From Chiloscyllium plagiosum (Eukaryota): a stretch of DNA of 64,000 bases. The stretch spans positions 1,180,033 through 1,244,032 of the forward strand of contig NC_057757.1 of the NCBI RefSeq assembly GCF_004010195.1, in the 5' to 3' direction. The notes under the pieces were generated by a model, which did no database searches, was not told the origin of the DNA, and saw only the letters and a program-made list of their open reading frames with translations. Positions 1 to 13,064 of this stretch are shown here, in pieces. A program made the translations under genes and the position numbers. How positions within the stretch are numbered: the first letter of the stretch is position 1; each line of letters starts with the position of its first letter.

Positions 1-866
1 GTGAGGGGAATGAGACCCGGAGCAGTTTGAGGGGAATGATACTGGGAACAGTGTGATGGGAATGAGACCCGGAGCAGTGTGAGGGGAGTGAGACCCGGAG
101 CAGAGTGAGGGGAATGAGACCCGGAGCAGTTTGAGGGGAATGATACTGGGAACAGTGTGATGGGAATGAGACCCGGAGCAGTGTGAGGGGAGTGAGACCC
201 GGAGCAGAGTGAGGGGAATGAGACCCGGAGCAAAGTGATGAGAATGAGACCCGGAGCAGTGTGAGGGGAATGAGACCCGGAGCAGTTTGAGGGGAATGAT
301 ACTGGGAACAGTGTGATGGGAATTAGACCCGGAGCAGAGTGAGGGGAATGAGACCCGGAGCAGTGTGAGGGGAGTGAGACCCGGAGCAGAGTGAGGGGAA
401 TGAGACCCGGAGCAGTGTGAGGGGAATGAGACCCGGAGCAGTGTGAGGGGAATGACCTGGAGCAGAGTGAGGGGAGTGAGACCCGGAGCAGTGTGAGGGG
501 AATGACCTGGAGCAGAGTGACGGGAATTATACTGGGATCAGTGCGAGGGGATTGAGACCCGGAGCAGAGTGATGAGAATGAGACCCGGAGCAGTGCGAGG
601 GGAATGAGACCCGGAGCAGAGTAATGGGAATGAGACCCGGAGCAGAGTAATGGGAATGAGACCCGGAGCAGTGTGAGGGGAATGAGACCCGGAGCAGTTT
701 GAGGGGAATGATACTGGGAACAGTGTGATGGGAATGAGACCCGGAGCAGTGTGATGGGAATTAGATCCGGAGCAGTGCGAGGGGAATGAGACCCGGAGCA
801 GAGTAATGGGAATGAGACCCGGAGCAGTGTGAGGGGAATGAGACCCGGAGCAGATTAATGGGAATG
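1..866. repeat. 26-bp minisatellite (GTGAGGGGAATGAGACCCGGAGCAGT)n, open at the window start
   Basis: About 33 tandem units visible directly; ORF 538..921 is only a translation of the repeat. Confidence 0.97.
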
Positions 867-1950
867 CGACCTGCTGAGGAGCAGATTGGAGTCTGGAGCA
901 GAGTGGAACAGCGCCTGGCATGTGTGGTCAGGCTACATGCTGAACTGCTGTCATTTGAAACTCTTTACTGGACTGTAATGTCAATCCTTAATCTATGTTA
1001 TAACTATCTTAATTCTAACTTTTTTTAGGCACTGTATGTAATACTTTTCCTTTTCTTTCCTTTATTCCTCTTTGTATCCAAGATTTGTACCTGAGTGGTT
1101 GTCCCTAAGATGGCTCCATTAGAGGCAACCATTGTAAAAATGTTTCACTGTGTTCCTCTACTTCTGCACACACCACATGTGACAATAAAGGATATTCTAT
1201 TCTTTTGTACCAGATGTTGTACCTGTTCTTAGGACACTGATTCCCCCCACACGCAAAGGCATTCTGTTCTGGCCAAACACTTTTTCTGCTTACACTGCAC
1301 ATTATTTTTCTGCACACTTTACTGAAAGGTTCTGAAACAGGTGTCTTTTTTTTTTCCGAATATGATCCATTGCTGATTTCAGGCAGTCACCCGGAATAGC
1401 CATAAGCCATAATGACCCACGAGGTATTGCATCCATAAATTTATTTTACACTGTTGTATGTGCGAGTAATGAGCAAAATATCGTCACAGTTTCTCCCTCC
1501 TGTGAGTCCACCATTTGTAAATACGATTCACCCCAAGTACCAAGATGTCAGATCAGGGCCACCACGTGACTTGAATTGGACGCCCTGCTCTCCAAAGGGA
1601 GTCAGAAGAATGTCTGGACAGTATTATTCAGAATTTAGACACACCTTTAGAGGAGGCCCCATAGACATAGAGTCTACCCAACAGTTACAATGTACTCATG
1701 ACCTATGAGAACAAGGAATAATATTGCATGGAGGACAGTCACAATGGAGAGCTAGTCACTGAAAGTCCGTTTAATTGGCATTAGCAACAGTCTGAGACAT
1801 GACGGACTACACTGTCAGGACTGGCTCTCACGCCTTCACTGAAAATATATTTAGAAGGAACAAGGGGGCAAAGGCTTTAAATTGGTACGGTGCTGGGTGG
1901 GAGTTTTTGGGGAGTCATTTTTTGCATGATTTTATGCCTAAATCCACGAG

Positions 1951-2266
1951 TTTAGATTAGATTCCCTACAGTGTGGAAACAGGCCCTTCAGCCCAACAAG
2001 CCCATACCGACCCTCTGAAGAATAATTCACAGAGCCATTCCCCTCTGACTAATGCATCTAACACTATGGGCAATTGAGCATGGCCAATTCACCCTAACCT
2101 GCACATCTTTGGACTGTGGGAGGAAACCAGAGCACGCGGAGGAAACCCACGCAGACACGGGGAAAATGTACAAACTCCACACAGACAGTCACCCGAGGTG
2201 GGAATCGAACCTGGGTCCCTGATGCTGTGAGGCAACAGTGCTAACCACTGATCCACCATGCTATCC
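1951..2266 (-). mobile_element. HE1-like V-SINE (tRNA-derived)
   Basis: Reverse complement has a tRNA-like head, the V-domain GTGGGTTTCCTCC and a (TCTAA)n tail. Confidence 0.9.
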
Positions 2267-2989
2267 TAAATCACCTGTTGTTTGATTCAAGATACTAAAT
2301 GAAGACAGAGCAAAGTCAAGAACAGCCTGCTTTACAACACCGTTATATTAGATGAATACTAAGTTCTAACCTGACAATTATATTACTGTAAGCAATTGGG
2401 AAGCTAAAGGAAGACGAAGAAACTGATAAGGAAAGGAAGAGTAGAATATGAATGTAATGTAAATTAGCAAAAACATAAAAATGGACTGGAAAGGCTTCTA
2501 TAAGTATGTAAAAAAAGAAGTATTCAGCTAAAATGTAGGTCTGGTGCAGGCAGAGTCAGAAGAATTGTAATATGGGAATGGAGAAATAGCGGAAAAGTTA
2601 AATTGTTATTTTGTTATGTTTTCACTGAGGAAGACACAAGAAATCTCCCAGAACTAGATATTCAAGTGACTGGGAAGAGTAAGGATTTGAAGGAGATTAG
2701 TAAGAACATTGCACTGGAGAAATTAGTGGGGCGAAAAGATCATATCACTGGACCTGCTAGTGTACATCCCACAGTGTTGAAGGAGGCAGCTACACAGCTA
2801 GTTGTTGCATTTGTGATCATCTTCCCAAATTTCTTAGATTTGGGAATGATCCTTGCAGATTGGAAGAGAACAAACGTCACCCATTACTTGAGAAAGGACT
2901 AAGAAAGAAAACCGGGAACTGCTGATATGTCAGCCTTAAATCAGGAGCAGGGAAAATGCTAGAACCTAACCTTCAGGGCTTTGAAAGTT

Positions 2990-4873
2990 ACAAATTAACC
3001 AGGCAAGATCTAAAGAGAGAGCTAAGAAGAGCCACAAGGAGACATGAGAAGTCGTTGGCAGGTAGGATCAAGGAAAACCCTAAAGCTTTCTGTAGCTATA
3101 TCAGGCATAAAAGAATGGCTAGAGGAAGATGAGGGCCAATCAAGGACAGTGGTGGGAAGTTGTGCGTGGAGTCTGAGGAGACGGGGAAGTGCAAAATGAA
3201 TATTTTCAACAGCATTCACACTGGAAAAAGACAATGTTGTCAAGGAGAATACTGAGTTACAGGCGACGAGACAGATGGGATTGAGGTTCACAAGGAGGTG
3301 GTGTTAGCAATTTTGGGAAGTGCGAAAATAGATAAATAACCCTGGGTCAGATGGGATTTATTCTAGGATTCTCTGGGAAACCAGCTGGGAGATTGCAGAG
3401 CCTTTGGCTTTGATCTTTATGTTGTCATTGTCTACAGGAATAGTGCCAGAAGACTGGAGGATAGCAAATATCTGTTCAAGAAGGGGAGTAGAGACAACTC
3501 TGGTAATTATAGACCAATGAGCCTTACTTAGATTGTGGGTAAAACTTTGGAAAAGGTTATAAGAGATAGGACTTATAATCATCCAGAGAGAAATAAGTTG
3601 AATAGGGATAGTCAACACGGTTTTGTGAAGGGTAGGTCGTGCCTCACAAACCTTATTGAGTTCTTTGAGAAGGTGGCCAAACAGATGGATGAGGGTAAAG
3701 CGGTTGATGTGGTGTATATGGATTTCAGTAAGGTATTTGATAAGGTTCCCCACAGTAGGCTATTGCACAAAATACAGAGGCATAGGATTGAGGGTGATTG
3801 AGCAGTTTGGATCAGAAATTGGCGAGCTGAAAGAAGACAGAGGATGGTGATTGATGGGAAATATTCATCCTGGAGTTCAGTTACTAGGGTACCGCAAGGA
3901 CCTGTTTTGGGGCCACTGCTGTTTGTCATATTTATAAATGACCTGGATGAGGGTGTAGAAGGATGGGCTAATAAATTTGTGGGTGACACTAAGGTTGGTA
4001 GAGTTGTGGATAGTGCTGAAGGATGTTGCAGGTTACAGAGGGAAATAGATAAGCTGCAGAGCTGGGCTGAGAGGTGGCAAATGGAGTTTAATGTGGAAAA
4101 GTGTGAGGTGATTCACTTGGAAGGAGCAACAAGAATAAAGAGTGCTGGGCTAATGGTAAGGTTCTTGGTGGTGTGAATGAGCAGAGAGATCTTGGTGACA
4201 ATATACATAGATCCCTGTAAGTTGCCACCCAGGTTGATAGGTTTGTTAAGAAGGTGTGCGGTGTATTAGCTTTTATTGGTAGAAGGATTGAGTTTCGGAA
4301 CCACGAGGTCATACTGCAGCTGTACAAAAATCTGGTGTGGCCACACTTGGAATATTGCATGCAGTTCTGATCGCTGCATTATAGAAAGGATGTGGAAGCT
4401 TTGGAAAGGGTTCAGTGGAGATTTACCGGGATGTTGCCTGGTGTAGAGGGAAGGTCTTATGAGAAAAGGCTGAGGGACTTGAGGCTGTTTTTGTTAGAGA
4501 AAAGAAGATTGAGAGGTGACTTAATTGAGACATATAAGGTAATCAGAGGGTTAGGTAGGGTGGATAGTGAGAGCCTTTTTCCTTGGATGATGATGGTTAG
4601 CATGAGGGGACATAGCTTTAAATTGACAGGTGATAGATATAGGACAAATGTCAGAGGTAGTTTCTTTACTCAGAGTAGTAGGGACGTGGAATGCACTGCC
4701 TGAAACAGTAGTAGACTTAGCAACTTTCAAGGCATTTAAATGGTCATTGGATAAACATATGGATGAAAATGTAAAGTGTAGGTTAGATGGGCTTCAGATT
4801 GATTCCACACATCAGCACAACATCAATGGCCGAAGGACCTGTACTGTGCTGTAATGTTCTACATTCTGTATCT
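2990..4873 (+). mobile_element. 5'-truncated CR1 (HER1-like) LINE, frameshifted RT
   Basis: QHGFVKGRSCLTNLIEFF, YMDFSKVFDKVPH, VPQGPVLGPLLF, LERVQWRFT; 3' tail GTTCTA-like repeats. Confidence 0.93.
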
Positions 4874-5151
4874 ATCATGCTAAATGGACACTTGGATAAA
4901 AATGATCTGTTGGACATAGTCAAAATGGATTTGCAAATGTAAAATCGCGTTTGACAAATTTGGAATTTTTTGAGGATTTGACTTAAAAAAAAGTGATAAA
5001 CAGTAGTATACCTAGATTTTCAGAAATCTTTTAATAAAGTCCCCCACAGAAAATTAGTTAAACTAAAGCTCATCGGATGACAGATGATGTACTGGCATAG
5101 AATAAGGATTGGCTGACAAACAGAAAACAGAGTAGGAATACATGGGTCTTG

Positions 5152-5410
5152 GCTTGATTTGATTTATTATTGTCACATGTACCTAAGTACGGTGAAAAGT
5201 TTTGTTTTGCGAGCAGTACAGGCAGATCATAGCAAACAGGGACTTACAGATCATAGGGTGCTTAGACAGAGGGAGGCATACAGTGTTACAGCTACACAGG
5301 AGGTGCACAAAGCAAGATCAACGTTAGATTGAAATTAGAGAGGTCCATTCAGCAATCTAATAAGATCAAGGACAAAGCTGTTCTTGAACTTTTTGATGCA
5401 TTTGTTCAAG
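5152..5410 (-). mobile_element. Rex1/Babar-like LINE 3' tail fragment
   Basis: Resembles the 3' end of the element at 62050-63597 (TTTTCAC...GTGACAATAA tail). Confidence 0.55.
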
Positions 5411-5766
5411 TAGTGCTCGGGCCCCAGCTGTTCACAATATATATTCATGACTTGGATGTGGTGACCAATGTTTACAAATGAAACCGAGCTAAACAGCATC
5501 ATGAAGATGATGTGAAGCAGTTTTACAAGTATTTGAAGAGACTTAGTGAGTGGGGAAGTACATGGCAGGTTGCAGCAAACTATTAAGAAGTCCAATGGAA
5601 TGTTTGCCTTTATTGCAAGAGATGTCGAGTATGGGAGTGGTTCAATTCTCTAGAAGCTTGGTTAGACCGCACCTGGAGGACTGTGCAATTCTGGTATGCT
5701 TACCTCAGGAGAGCATTTGTAAAAGAGGGAGTTCGACAGAAACTCACCAGAGCAACATGAAGAATG

Positions 5767-5968
5767 GTGGATGCTGGAGATCTATAATAAAAGTGTAACC
5801 GGTGAAACTCAGTAGATCTGCCAACATCTGTGGAAAGAAAGCAGAGTTAATGTTTCGGGTTCGGTGATTCTTCATCAGAACTGCTTTGAAGAAGAGTCAC
5901 AGGTCTTGAAACATTAACTCTGTTTTCTACGCATTGATGTTGCCAGATCACCTGAGTTCCACCAACAG
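5767..5968. mobile_element. Penelope-derived fold-back element (family B) with degenerate hammerhead motifs
   Basis: Imperfect inverted arms; the minus strand reads CTGATGA...GAAACATT at about 5848-5880. Confidence 0.7.
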
Positions 5969-6195
5969 AATCTGGGTTGTCTCAAAGGCCCAGCAGACTC
6001 ATTCCCAGGATAGTAGGACTGTCCTATAAAGAGAGAGGAGACAAACAAAGCCTGTGTTCTCTTGGGTTTTGAAGAGTGAGAGATGATTTCATTGAAACCT
6101 CCAAAAATGCTTAAAGGGATAGACAGGGTGAATACAGATGTTTCTCCTGATTGGAAAACTTGAGGCATGATTTTTTTTAAAAGAAGGGAGTAGTA

Positions 6196-6335
6196 CAGAG
6201 GAACTACGATTATCTGGAATTCGATTATCCGAATTTTGGATTATCCAGCAAAATCGCTAAACTGTACTATCTGGCATTCGATTATCCGACAAAACACTCC
6301 TTGCCCGTGTCGTTCGGATAATCGAAGTTCCACTG
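6196..6335. mobile_element. Tc1/mariner/pogo-type MITE
   Basis: TIRs CAGAGGAACTACGATTATC / GATAATCGAAGTTCCACTG, TA on both sides, internal CGATTATCC repeats. Confidence 0.85.
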
Positions 6336-6729
6336 TATTTGGGACCAAATGAGGAGAAATGTTATCACTTAGAGTTGTAAATCTTTGGAATTCTCTACTC
6401 TAGGGAGCTGTGGAAGGTCAGTTTTGAGTAGGTTTTTAAAGTTAAGGTTGACAGACTATCGCTTACCAATGGCTTAAAGGGTTATGAAGGTATTATGGGT
6501 AAAAGGCATTGAATAACCATAATCAAACACAATCAGATTGAATAGTGGAGCAGGGCTTTTGCCAGAAACGTCGATTTTCCTGCTCCTCGGATGCTGCCTG
6601 ACCTGCTGTGCTTTTCCAGCACCACTCTAAAATGATAGACCAATCAGTTTAATGTCATTAGTAGGTAAAATAGTGGAATTCCTTCTCAAAGCAGTTCTGA
6701 TGAAGAACGACCTACTTAAGGAATTCCTA

Positions 6730-7042
6730 CTTTTCCCTAGGATGGGGGTGTCCGGAACTAGAGGGCATATATTTAGGGTGAGAGGGGAAAGATATAAAAG
6801 GGACCTAAGGGGCAACTTTTTCACACAGAGGGTGGTGCGTGTATGGACTGAGTTGCCAGAGGAAGTGGTGGAGGCTGGTACATTTGCAACATTTAAATAC
6901 ATCTGGGTATATGAATAGGAAGGGTTTAGAGGGTTATGGGCCAAGTGCTGGCAAATGGGACTAGATTAATTCAGAATATCTGGTCGACATGGATGAGTTG
7001 GACCGAAGGGTCTGTTTCCGTGCTGTACATCTCTATGACTCC
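6730..7042 (+). mobile_element. CR1 3' end fragment
   Basis: RGHIFRVRGERYKRDLRGNFFTQRVVRVW followed by the CR1 3' UTR and CTCTATGACTC tail. Confidence 0.9.
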
Positions 7043-7345
7043 AATAGAACAACATTTAGAAATGAAAAATATAATGAATGTTAAGCAAGGATTTCAAAAG
7101 GAACACTTTTTCCTGACCTTTTGAGGTGTAGGTAAGGGAGAAAAGGGAGGAAAGGAGATGGGATGGCTCTATTGTTTAGGGAGAACATTTCAATGTTGGA
7201 AAAAGAGGATAACTCAGAGGGTTCAAGGACAGAATCAATTTGACAAGAGCTAAGGAAGAAAAAGAGAGCATTTATATTCCTCTGTGAAGTCTATTGATAT
7301 CAACTAGTAGAGGAACAAATCTGCAGGGAAATTGCACAGAATAGT

Positions 7346-7664
7346 GGGCGGCACGGTGGCACAGTGGTTAGCACTGCTGCCTCGCAGCGCCAGAGACCCG
7401 GGTTCAATTCCCGACTCAGGCGACTGACTGTGTGGAGTTTGCACGTTCTCCCCGTGTCTGCGTGGGTTTCCTCCGGGGGCTCCGGTTTCCTCCCACAGTC
7501 CAAAGATGTGCAAGTCAGGTGAATTGGCCATGCTAAATTGCCCATAGTATTAGGTAAAGGGGTAAATGTAGCGGTATGGGTGGGTTACGCTTCGGCGGGT
7601 CGGTGTGGACTTGTTGGGCCGAAGGGCCTGTTTCCACACTGTAAGTAATCTAATCTAATCTAAT
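7346..7664 (+). mobile_element. HE1 V-SINE, young full-length copy
   Basis: GGGCGGCACGGTGGCACAGTGGTTAGC A-box, GGTTCAATTCC B-box, V-domain, (TCTAA)n tail. Confidence 0.95.
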
Positions 7665-7943
7665 ATGCCAACGTTATATAGTTAAAATGAGGCAATTTCA
7701 TTATTCAAATACAGACTGTGATAGTGGTAATTAAAGGGCAAACAATGGGCAAATATTCCTAGTTCGTGTACAGGAGAATTTCCCACAGGAGTATACATCC
7801 AATCCATATCCAGCACGTGTCTAGACCTGGTTCTTGGAAATGAGATAGGCTAAGTAGATCAAGTGTCACAAGGTTTGTGAAGGTTTGTAGCTCAGGTTGA
7901 GGTTTAGGGTGTAGGTTTGCTCGCTGAGCTGTAGGTTTGATAT

Positions 7944-7983
7944 CCAGACGTTTCATTACCTGGCTAGGTAACATCATCAGTGG
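7944..7983 (-). ncRNA. Minimal type-I hammerhead ribozyme motif (intact core)
   Basis: Reverse complement: CCA CTGATGA TGTTACCT-agcc-AGGTAAT GAAAC GTC TGG = stem I, core, stem II, GAAA, GUC cleavage triplet. Confidence 0.85.
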
Positions 7984-8788
7984 CGACCTCCAAGTGAAGC
8001 GGAGCTGTTGTCTCCTGCTTTCTATTTATATCTTTCTCCTGGATGTGGTTCCTGGGGTTTGTGGCGATGTCATTTTTTGTGGCTAGCTGGTGTTCGTGTA
8101 TCCTGGTGGCTAACTTTCTTCCTGTTTGTCCTAGGTAGTGTTTGTGGCAGTCCTTGCATGGAATTTTATAGATGACGTTGGTTTTGTCCATGGGTTGTAC
8201 TGGGTCTTTTAAGTTTGTTAGTTTTTGTTTGAGAGTGTTGGTGGGTTTGTGTGCTACTAGGATTCCGAGGGGTCTCAGTAGTCTGGCTGTCATTTCTGAA
8301 ACTTCTTTGATGTATGGTAAGGTGGTTAGGGTTTCTGGCTGTGTTTTGTCTGCTTGTCATGGTTTGTTCTTGAAGAATCTGGGCACTGTATTTTTTGAGT
8401 ATCCGATCTTCTTGAATACGTTGTATAGGTGGTTCTCCTCTGTTTTTCGAAGTTTGTCTGTGCTGCAGTGTGTGGTGGCTCGTTGGAATAGTGTTCTGAT
8501 ACAGCTTCATTTGTGTGTGTTGGGATGGTTGCTGGTGTAGTTGAGTATTTGGTCAGTGTTTGTCGGTTTTCTGGTTTGTAATTCTCCCTTGTCCTTTCTT
8601 TCTACTGTGACGTCCAGAAATGCACTCCAACCACTACGCCATAAACAAGCACATAGATCTAGATGCCATCTATCAACTCCTCAGAAAACGAACAGGAAAT
8701 GACATCACCACAAACCCCAGGAACCCCATCCAGGAGAAAGTTATAAATAGAAAACAGGAGACAACAGCTTCACTTCACTTGGAGGTCG

Positions 8789-8828
8789 CCACTGATGATG
8801 TTACCTAGCCAGGTAATTAAACGTCTGG
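8789..8828 (+). ncRNA. Hammerhead motif copy with core mutation (GAAA>TAAA at 8818)
   Basis: CCA CTGATGA TGTTACCT agcc AGGTAAT TAAAC GTC TGG. Confidence 0.7.
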
Positions 8829-9390
8829 ATATCAAACCTACAGCTCAGCGAGCAAATCTACACCCTAGATCAAGTGTCAGTTGGGGAACATTTAGGAGAC
8901 AGTGATTATTGTATTGTAAGGTTTAGGATTATAATGTGGAAATACAGTGGTCAATGCGAAATTAGAAACATTCATTGGCAATAGACTGACTTTAATGGGG
9001 CAAGAACAGAGCTGGGCTGGATAGACTGGAATGAAAAGTTGGCGGGATAAACTGTAACTGAGCAATGGACCATCCTCAAAGAGGAAATTATTTGAGTACG
9101 GTTAAAGTATATTCCTTCCAAAGGGAAAGTCAAACAAATCCAAGTTTCCTGAATGACAAAAGGGATAGAAATTGTTGTAGAGAAGAAAATGTTTACTTAT
9201 GATGGGTGTCTAGTAGAAAATATAATTGAGAAATGAGGAATGCAGAAGATTTAAAGGGAGGTGAAAAGGCCTATTACAGAAGCAAAGAGGAATTATGAGA
9301 AAAGACTGGCAGCCAACATAAAGGAGAATGATAAAATCTTCCATAAGCATCATATATAAATATATATGTATATAAAGAAATATTAGGATT

Positions 9391-9756
9391 TTAGCGAGTT
9401 TTGAGAAGATTCGTAGCTCAGGTTGAGGTTCTGGATGTAGGTTTGCTCGCTGAGCTGGAAGGTTCATTTTAGGACACATCCATCTTAGGACAAGCCAAAC
9501 AGAAACATGCATGAGAATTCCTGGAAGCAATGCATTCCAACTGGTTAGACCCCATCTACCACCCCTTGAGAAAATGAACAGGAAATGGCATCACCACAGG
9601 AAATGACATCATCAACCCAAAGAAACCCAAACATATACATAGAAAGCAGGAATCATGTACAGTGTTTCTCCTGAGGCCCGCTTGAGGGTGTTACCTAGTA
9701 GATTGATGAAACGTCTGGCAATGAACCTTCCAGTTCAGCGAGCAAACCTACATCCA
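9391..9756. mobile_element. Penelope fold-back fragment, related to the 7869 family
   Basis: GGATGTAGGTTTGCTCGCTGA ... TCAGCGAGCAAACCTACATCC inverted pair; imperfect TSD AAA(T/G)ATTAGGATT. Confidence 0.8.
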
Positions 9757-10789
9757 AAAGATTAGGATTAATTAGTTATCAAAAAGGGGACATGGGTGAG
9801 GTATTAAATGTATATTTTCTACCTATCTTTACCAAGGAGGTAGATGATCCCTTGGCCATTTTGAAAACTGAGGCAAATCTTATCACTTTGATAAAATTGA
9901 TAAGAATAAGGTTGATACTTAAGTATTATTGGCATTTGAAGTTGACAAGGCATTTGGACCAGATGAAATGCAGCCACAGATATTGAAGGGAGTGAGAATG
10001 GAAATTGCAGGGGCCCAGGCCACAATATTTCAGTTCTTCCTAGACTCAGGAGAGCTTCCAAAAGATCGCAAATCTCAAATATCAAACCCTTCTTCAGAAC
10101 TGATTGTAAGGATAAGCCCAGCAATTATAAGCCAGTCAGTTTAACTTCTCTGTCTGGGAAATTTTTAGAAAGAATTATTCTGGATATAGCTAGTCATTAC
10201 AAATGAAAAGGTGGGTTGATTAGGAAGAGCCAGCAGAGATTTCTAAAATGGAAAAAGCTATTTAACTAACTTACTAAAGTTTTCAGGAGTAGGAAAACCA
10301 AAAGGGACATAGATAAGTTGATGGATAGATAAGTTGATTTCATTCCTGGTGGCATATGAAATTCAATGCAGAGATGAGCAAGGCGATCATTTGGTAGGAG
10401 GAAAATAAACAGAAAATATAAAATAAGGAACATAATTCTGAATAGGGTGCAAGATTAGAGAGACTAGGTACATATGTGCACAGATGATTGAAGGTGGTAG
10501 ATGTAAAGAGCAGTTAAAACAGCACGCAGCCTTTCAAACTTTATTAATAGGGGCTAGAGTATTAGAGCAAGAAGGTGATGCCAAACATGTACAAGACATT
10601 TGTTGGATCTCATTCAGAGCAATGCATATAGTTCTGGGCACCACACTGGATGACGGATGTGAACGCATTGGAGAAACTAGAAAAGAGATTGACATGAATA
10701 GGTCCAGAGATGAGAAACTTTAGTTGAGCATAGACTGGAGAGGTTGGGACAGTTCTCTTTGGAATTATAAAGGCTAATAGAAGGAAGTC

Positions 10790-12490
10790 ATAGAGTTTTA
10801 TAGCATGGAAAGAAACCCATTTGTCCACCATGTTCATGCAAATCAGCAGACATTCATCAATTCCCCACATAACTACACTTTAAGTATCTTGAGAGTGCCT
10901 GCATCTACCACTATGAGTACCACTATCTACAGTGAATTCCCAATACTTACTATCCTCTAGGTGAAACATTTTCTCCTCAGATCCTCTCTAAATGTTCTGC
11001 TCCTGATCATGAAAATCCTCCCACAACCTCCACCCCACCATTATTTCCACCTCGACATGGGGGAAATGTTTCAAACCTTATCTATGACCTTTATAATGTT
11101 GCCCCTCAGCCTTCCTCGCTCTCAGGAAAACAACACCAGCCTAAATAGTTTACCTTCAGAGCGAAAACACTCCAACCCAGGCAACATTCTGATGAATCTC
11201 CTCTGCACCTTTCCTGTGCAGTTTCATTCTCACCACAATGAGCAGAACTGCACACAGTACTCCAGCTGATGCCTAACTAATGTTATATATAGGTCTGTAT
11301 TCACCTCTTTGCTCTTATATTCAATGCCCTGACTAATAAAGGTAAATTTCCCATATGTCTTCTTAACCATCTTACCTACATGCCCTGCTGCTGTCAAAAA
11401 TAAGAGAGTTTACAAACCAAGGTCCCTCTGATCCTCTGTACGCCTCAGGACTGTTTCATTCACGGTGTTAGTCCTCCTAAAATGCATTCCCTCACTTTTC
11501 AGAATTAAATTCCAGTTCCCACTGTTTAGCCCATCTGACAAGCCTTGACTGTGTCATCCCTTGGTGTAAGGGCTTCCTCCTCGATATTTACCACATGACC
11601 AATTTTCAGGCAAATTTACTGATTATACCTCCTACATTCATTTCGAGATCATTTATGTGCACAACAAACAGCCAGAAACCCAACATTGATTCCTGTGAAA
11701 TGCCACTGGACACAAGCTTCCAATTACAAAACACCATTCAACAATTTGATGTCTGCTTCTTGACATCAAAGTCAAAAACAGTGGTGCTGGAAAAGCACAG
11801 CCAGTCAGGAAGTATCCAAGGAGCAGGAGAGTCAACATTTCGAGCATAAGCCTTTCATCAGGAATGCACATCTTTTTCAGCACCACACTTTTTGACTCTG
11901 ATTTCCAGCATCACTTTCTCCTTCCTGACATCAAGCCAATTATGGATCCCATTCATCAAATTACCCTGGATCCCATGGGCTCTTGGCTTCTTAACCAGTT
12001 TGTCATGCAAGACCTTGTCAAAATCCTTACTGACGTCCACGTGGACTACATCAACTGCACTACCTCATCCATATATCTAGCCAGCTCCTCAAAACAATTC
12101 TTAGACATAATCTCTCCCTGACAAAGTCATTCTGACTATCCAAGGTTATTCCTTGTCAAGTGTAGGTTAATTTTGTCAGAATTAATTCCCTCAATTTTTT
12201 TTCTGTCGTTTCCCTACCACTGATGTCGGATTCACTGGCCTGTCGTTTCCTGGTTCATCCCTACCATTTTTCTTGAATAATGACATCATATGAGCTGTCT
12301 TTCAATTCCGTGGCCAGAGACGATTCATGTCAGAGTACTGTAATCTTCTACCTTGCCTCCCACAGAACCCTGGGACACATCATCTGGGCCTGGGAATTTA
12401 TATACCTTTGAGCCACCTAATACTTACACCCTCTCAGTACTAATTTGGTCAAGTATATCATTGTCCGTCTCCCTGATTTCTCTACCTGAC
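10790..12490 (-). mobile_element. Decayed CR1 LINE
   Basis: MDVSKDFDKVLHDKLV...IHNWL; 3' tail near 10790. Confidence 0.75.
11770..11921. mobile_element. Penelope-derived short element (family A), partial fold-back
   Basis: GTGGTGCTGGAAAAGCACAG...CTTTCATCAGG; TSD TTC(T/C)TGACATCAA on both sides. Confidence 0.75.
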
Positions 12491-13064
12491 CTGATCAGAT
12501 AAAAGTTTTCAAAATCATGGAGGGGCTGATGAGATTTGACAGGGAGAAAATCTAAAAGGGTCATCAAGAATGAGAGGGCACAGATTTAAAGTGATTTGCA
12601 AAAGAAGAGAACATAGCATGGGGAGTTTTTTTCCATACAATGATTGGTTTGGGCCTGGAATAATAAATAAATACATAAATATTAATAAATCAATCTTTGA
12701 ATGATCAACCATCACGCATCACCTAGTTCCAATTAAAATAATAAGTTGCATGTACTGTCTGGAAATGTGGTGGAGGCAGTTTTAATGATGCATTTATGAT
12801 GAGTGCAACAGCTGATTGTTTCTATTTAAATAATGTGCAAAGGTATAGGGGAAAGATGGGAGAATAGTGCGAAATAATGATGCTCCTTTAGAGAGCCAAT
12901 CCAGACATGATAGACTGAGTAGCCACCTTTGATGCTGTAATGCAGCTGTGATTCTGCGAATATAATACCCTTTCAATCGTGTTTGCGAAATGTCTGGCAT
13001 GATACCTCCTCCATTGCTGCAAATCACTGCATTCACTCTTTTGAGAGGTCAAGCAGTAATCCCA

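Larger units (their letters stand above)
2400..6550 (+). mobile_element. Old, decayed CR1 LINE (ORF2 remnants) hosting younger insertions
   Basis: CR1-like peptides in ORFs 2603..2902 and 5550..5798 (SLVRPHLEDC); the RT sequence broken near 2985 resumes near 4875. Confidence 0.75.
7869..8865 (-). mobile_element. Penelope-like element, truncated, GIY-YIG endonuclease remnant, inverted terminal repeat
   Basis: NVIYKIPCKDCHKHYLGQTGRKLATRIHEH (GIY-YIG); about 7905-8075 is inverted at about 8700-8865; 14-bp TSD TAGATCAAGTGTCA at 7855-7868 and 8866-8879. Confidence 0.93.
7130..10780 (+). mobile_element. Old CR1 LINE (APE-RT remnants) interrupted by HE1 and two Penelope insertions
   Basis: CR1-like peptides (DKAFGPDEMQPQILK, SFRAMHIVLG); host sequence continues across the TSDs. 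Confidence 0.7.

Noticed and set aside
538..921. 127-aa repetitive ORF
   Set aside because: Translation of the 26-bp minisatellite
1200..1730. Exon-like unique segments near the window start
   Set aside because: Candidate splice sites on both strands, with stops in most frames; insufficient support
7346..7420. tRNA-like sequences (many copies)
   Set aside because: They are SINE heads continuing into V-domain bodies, not tRNA genes
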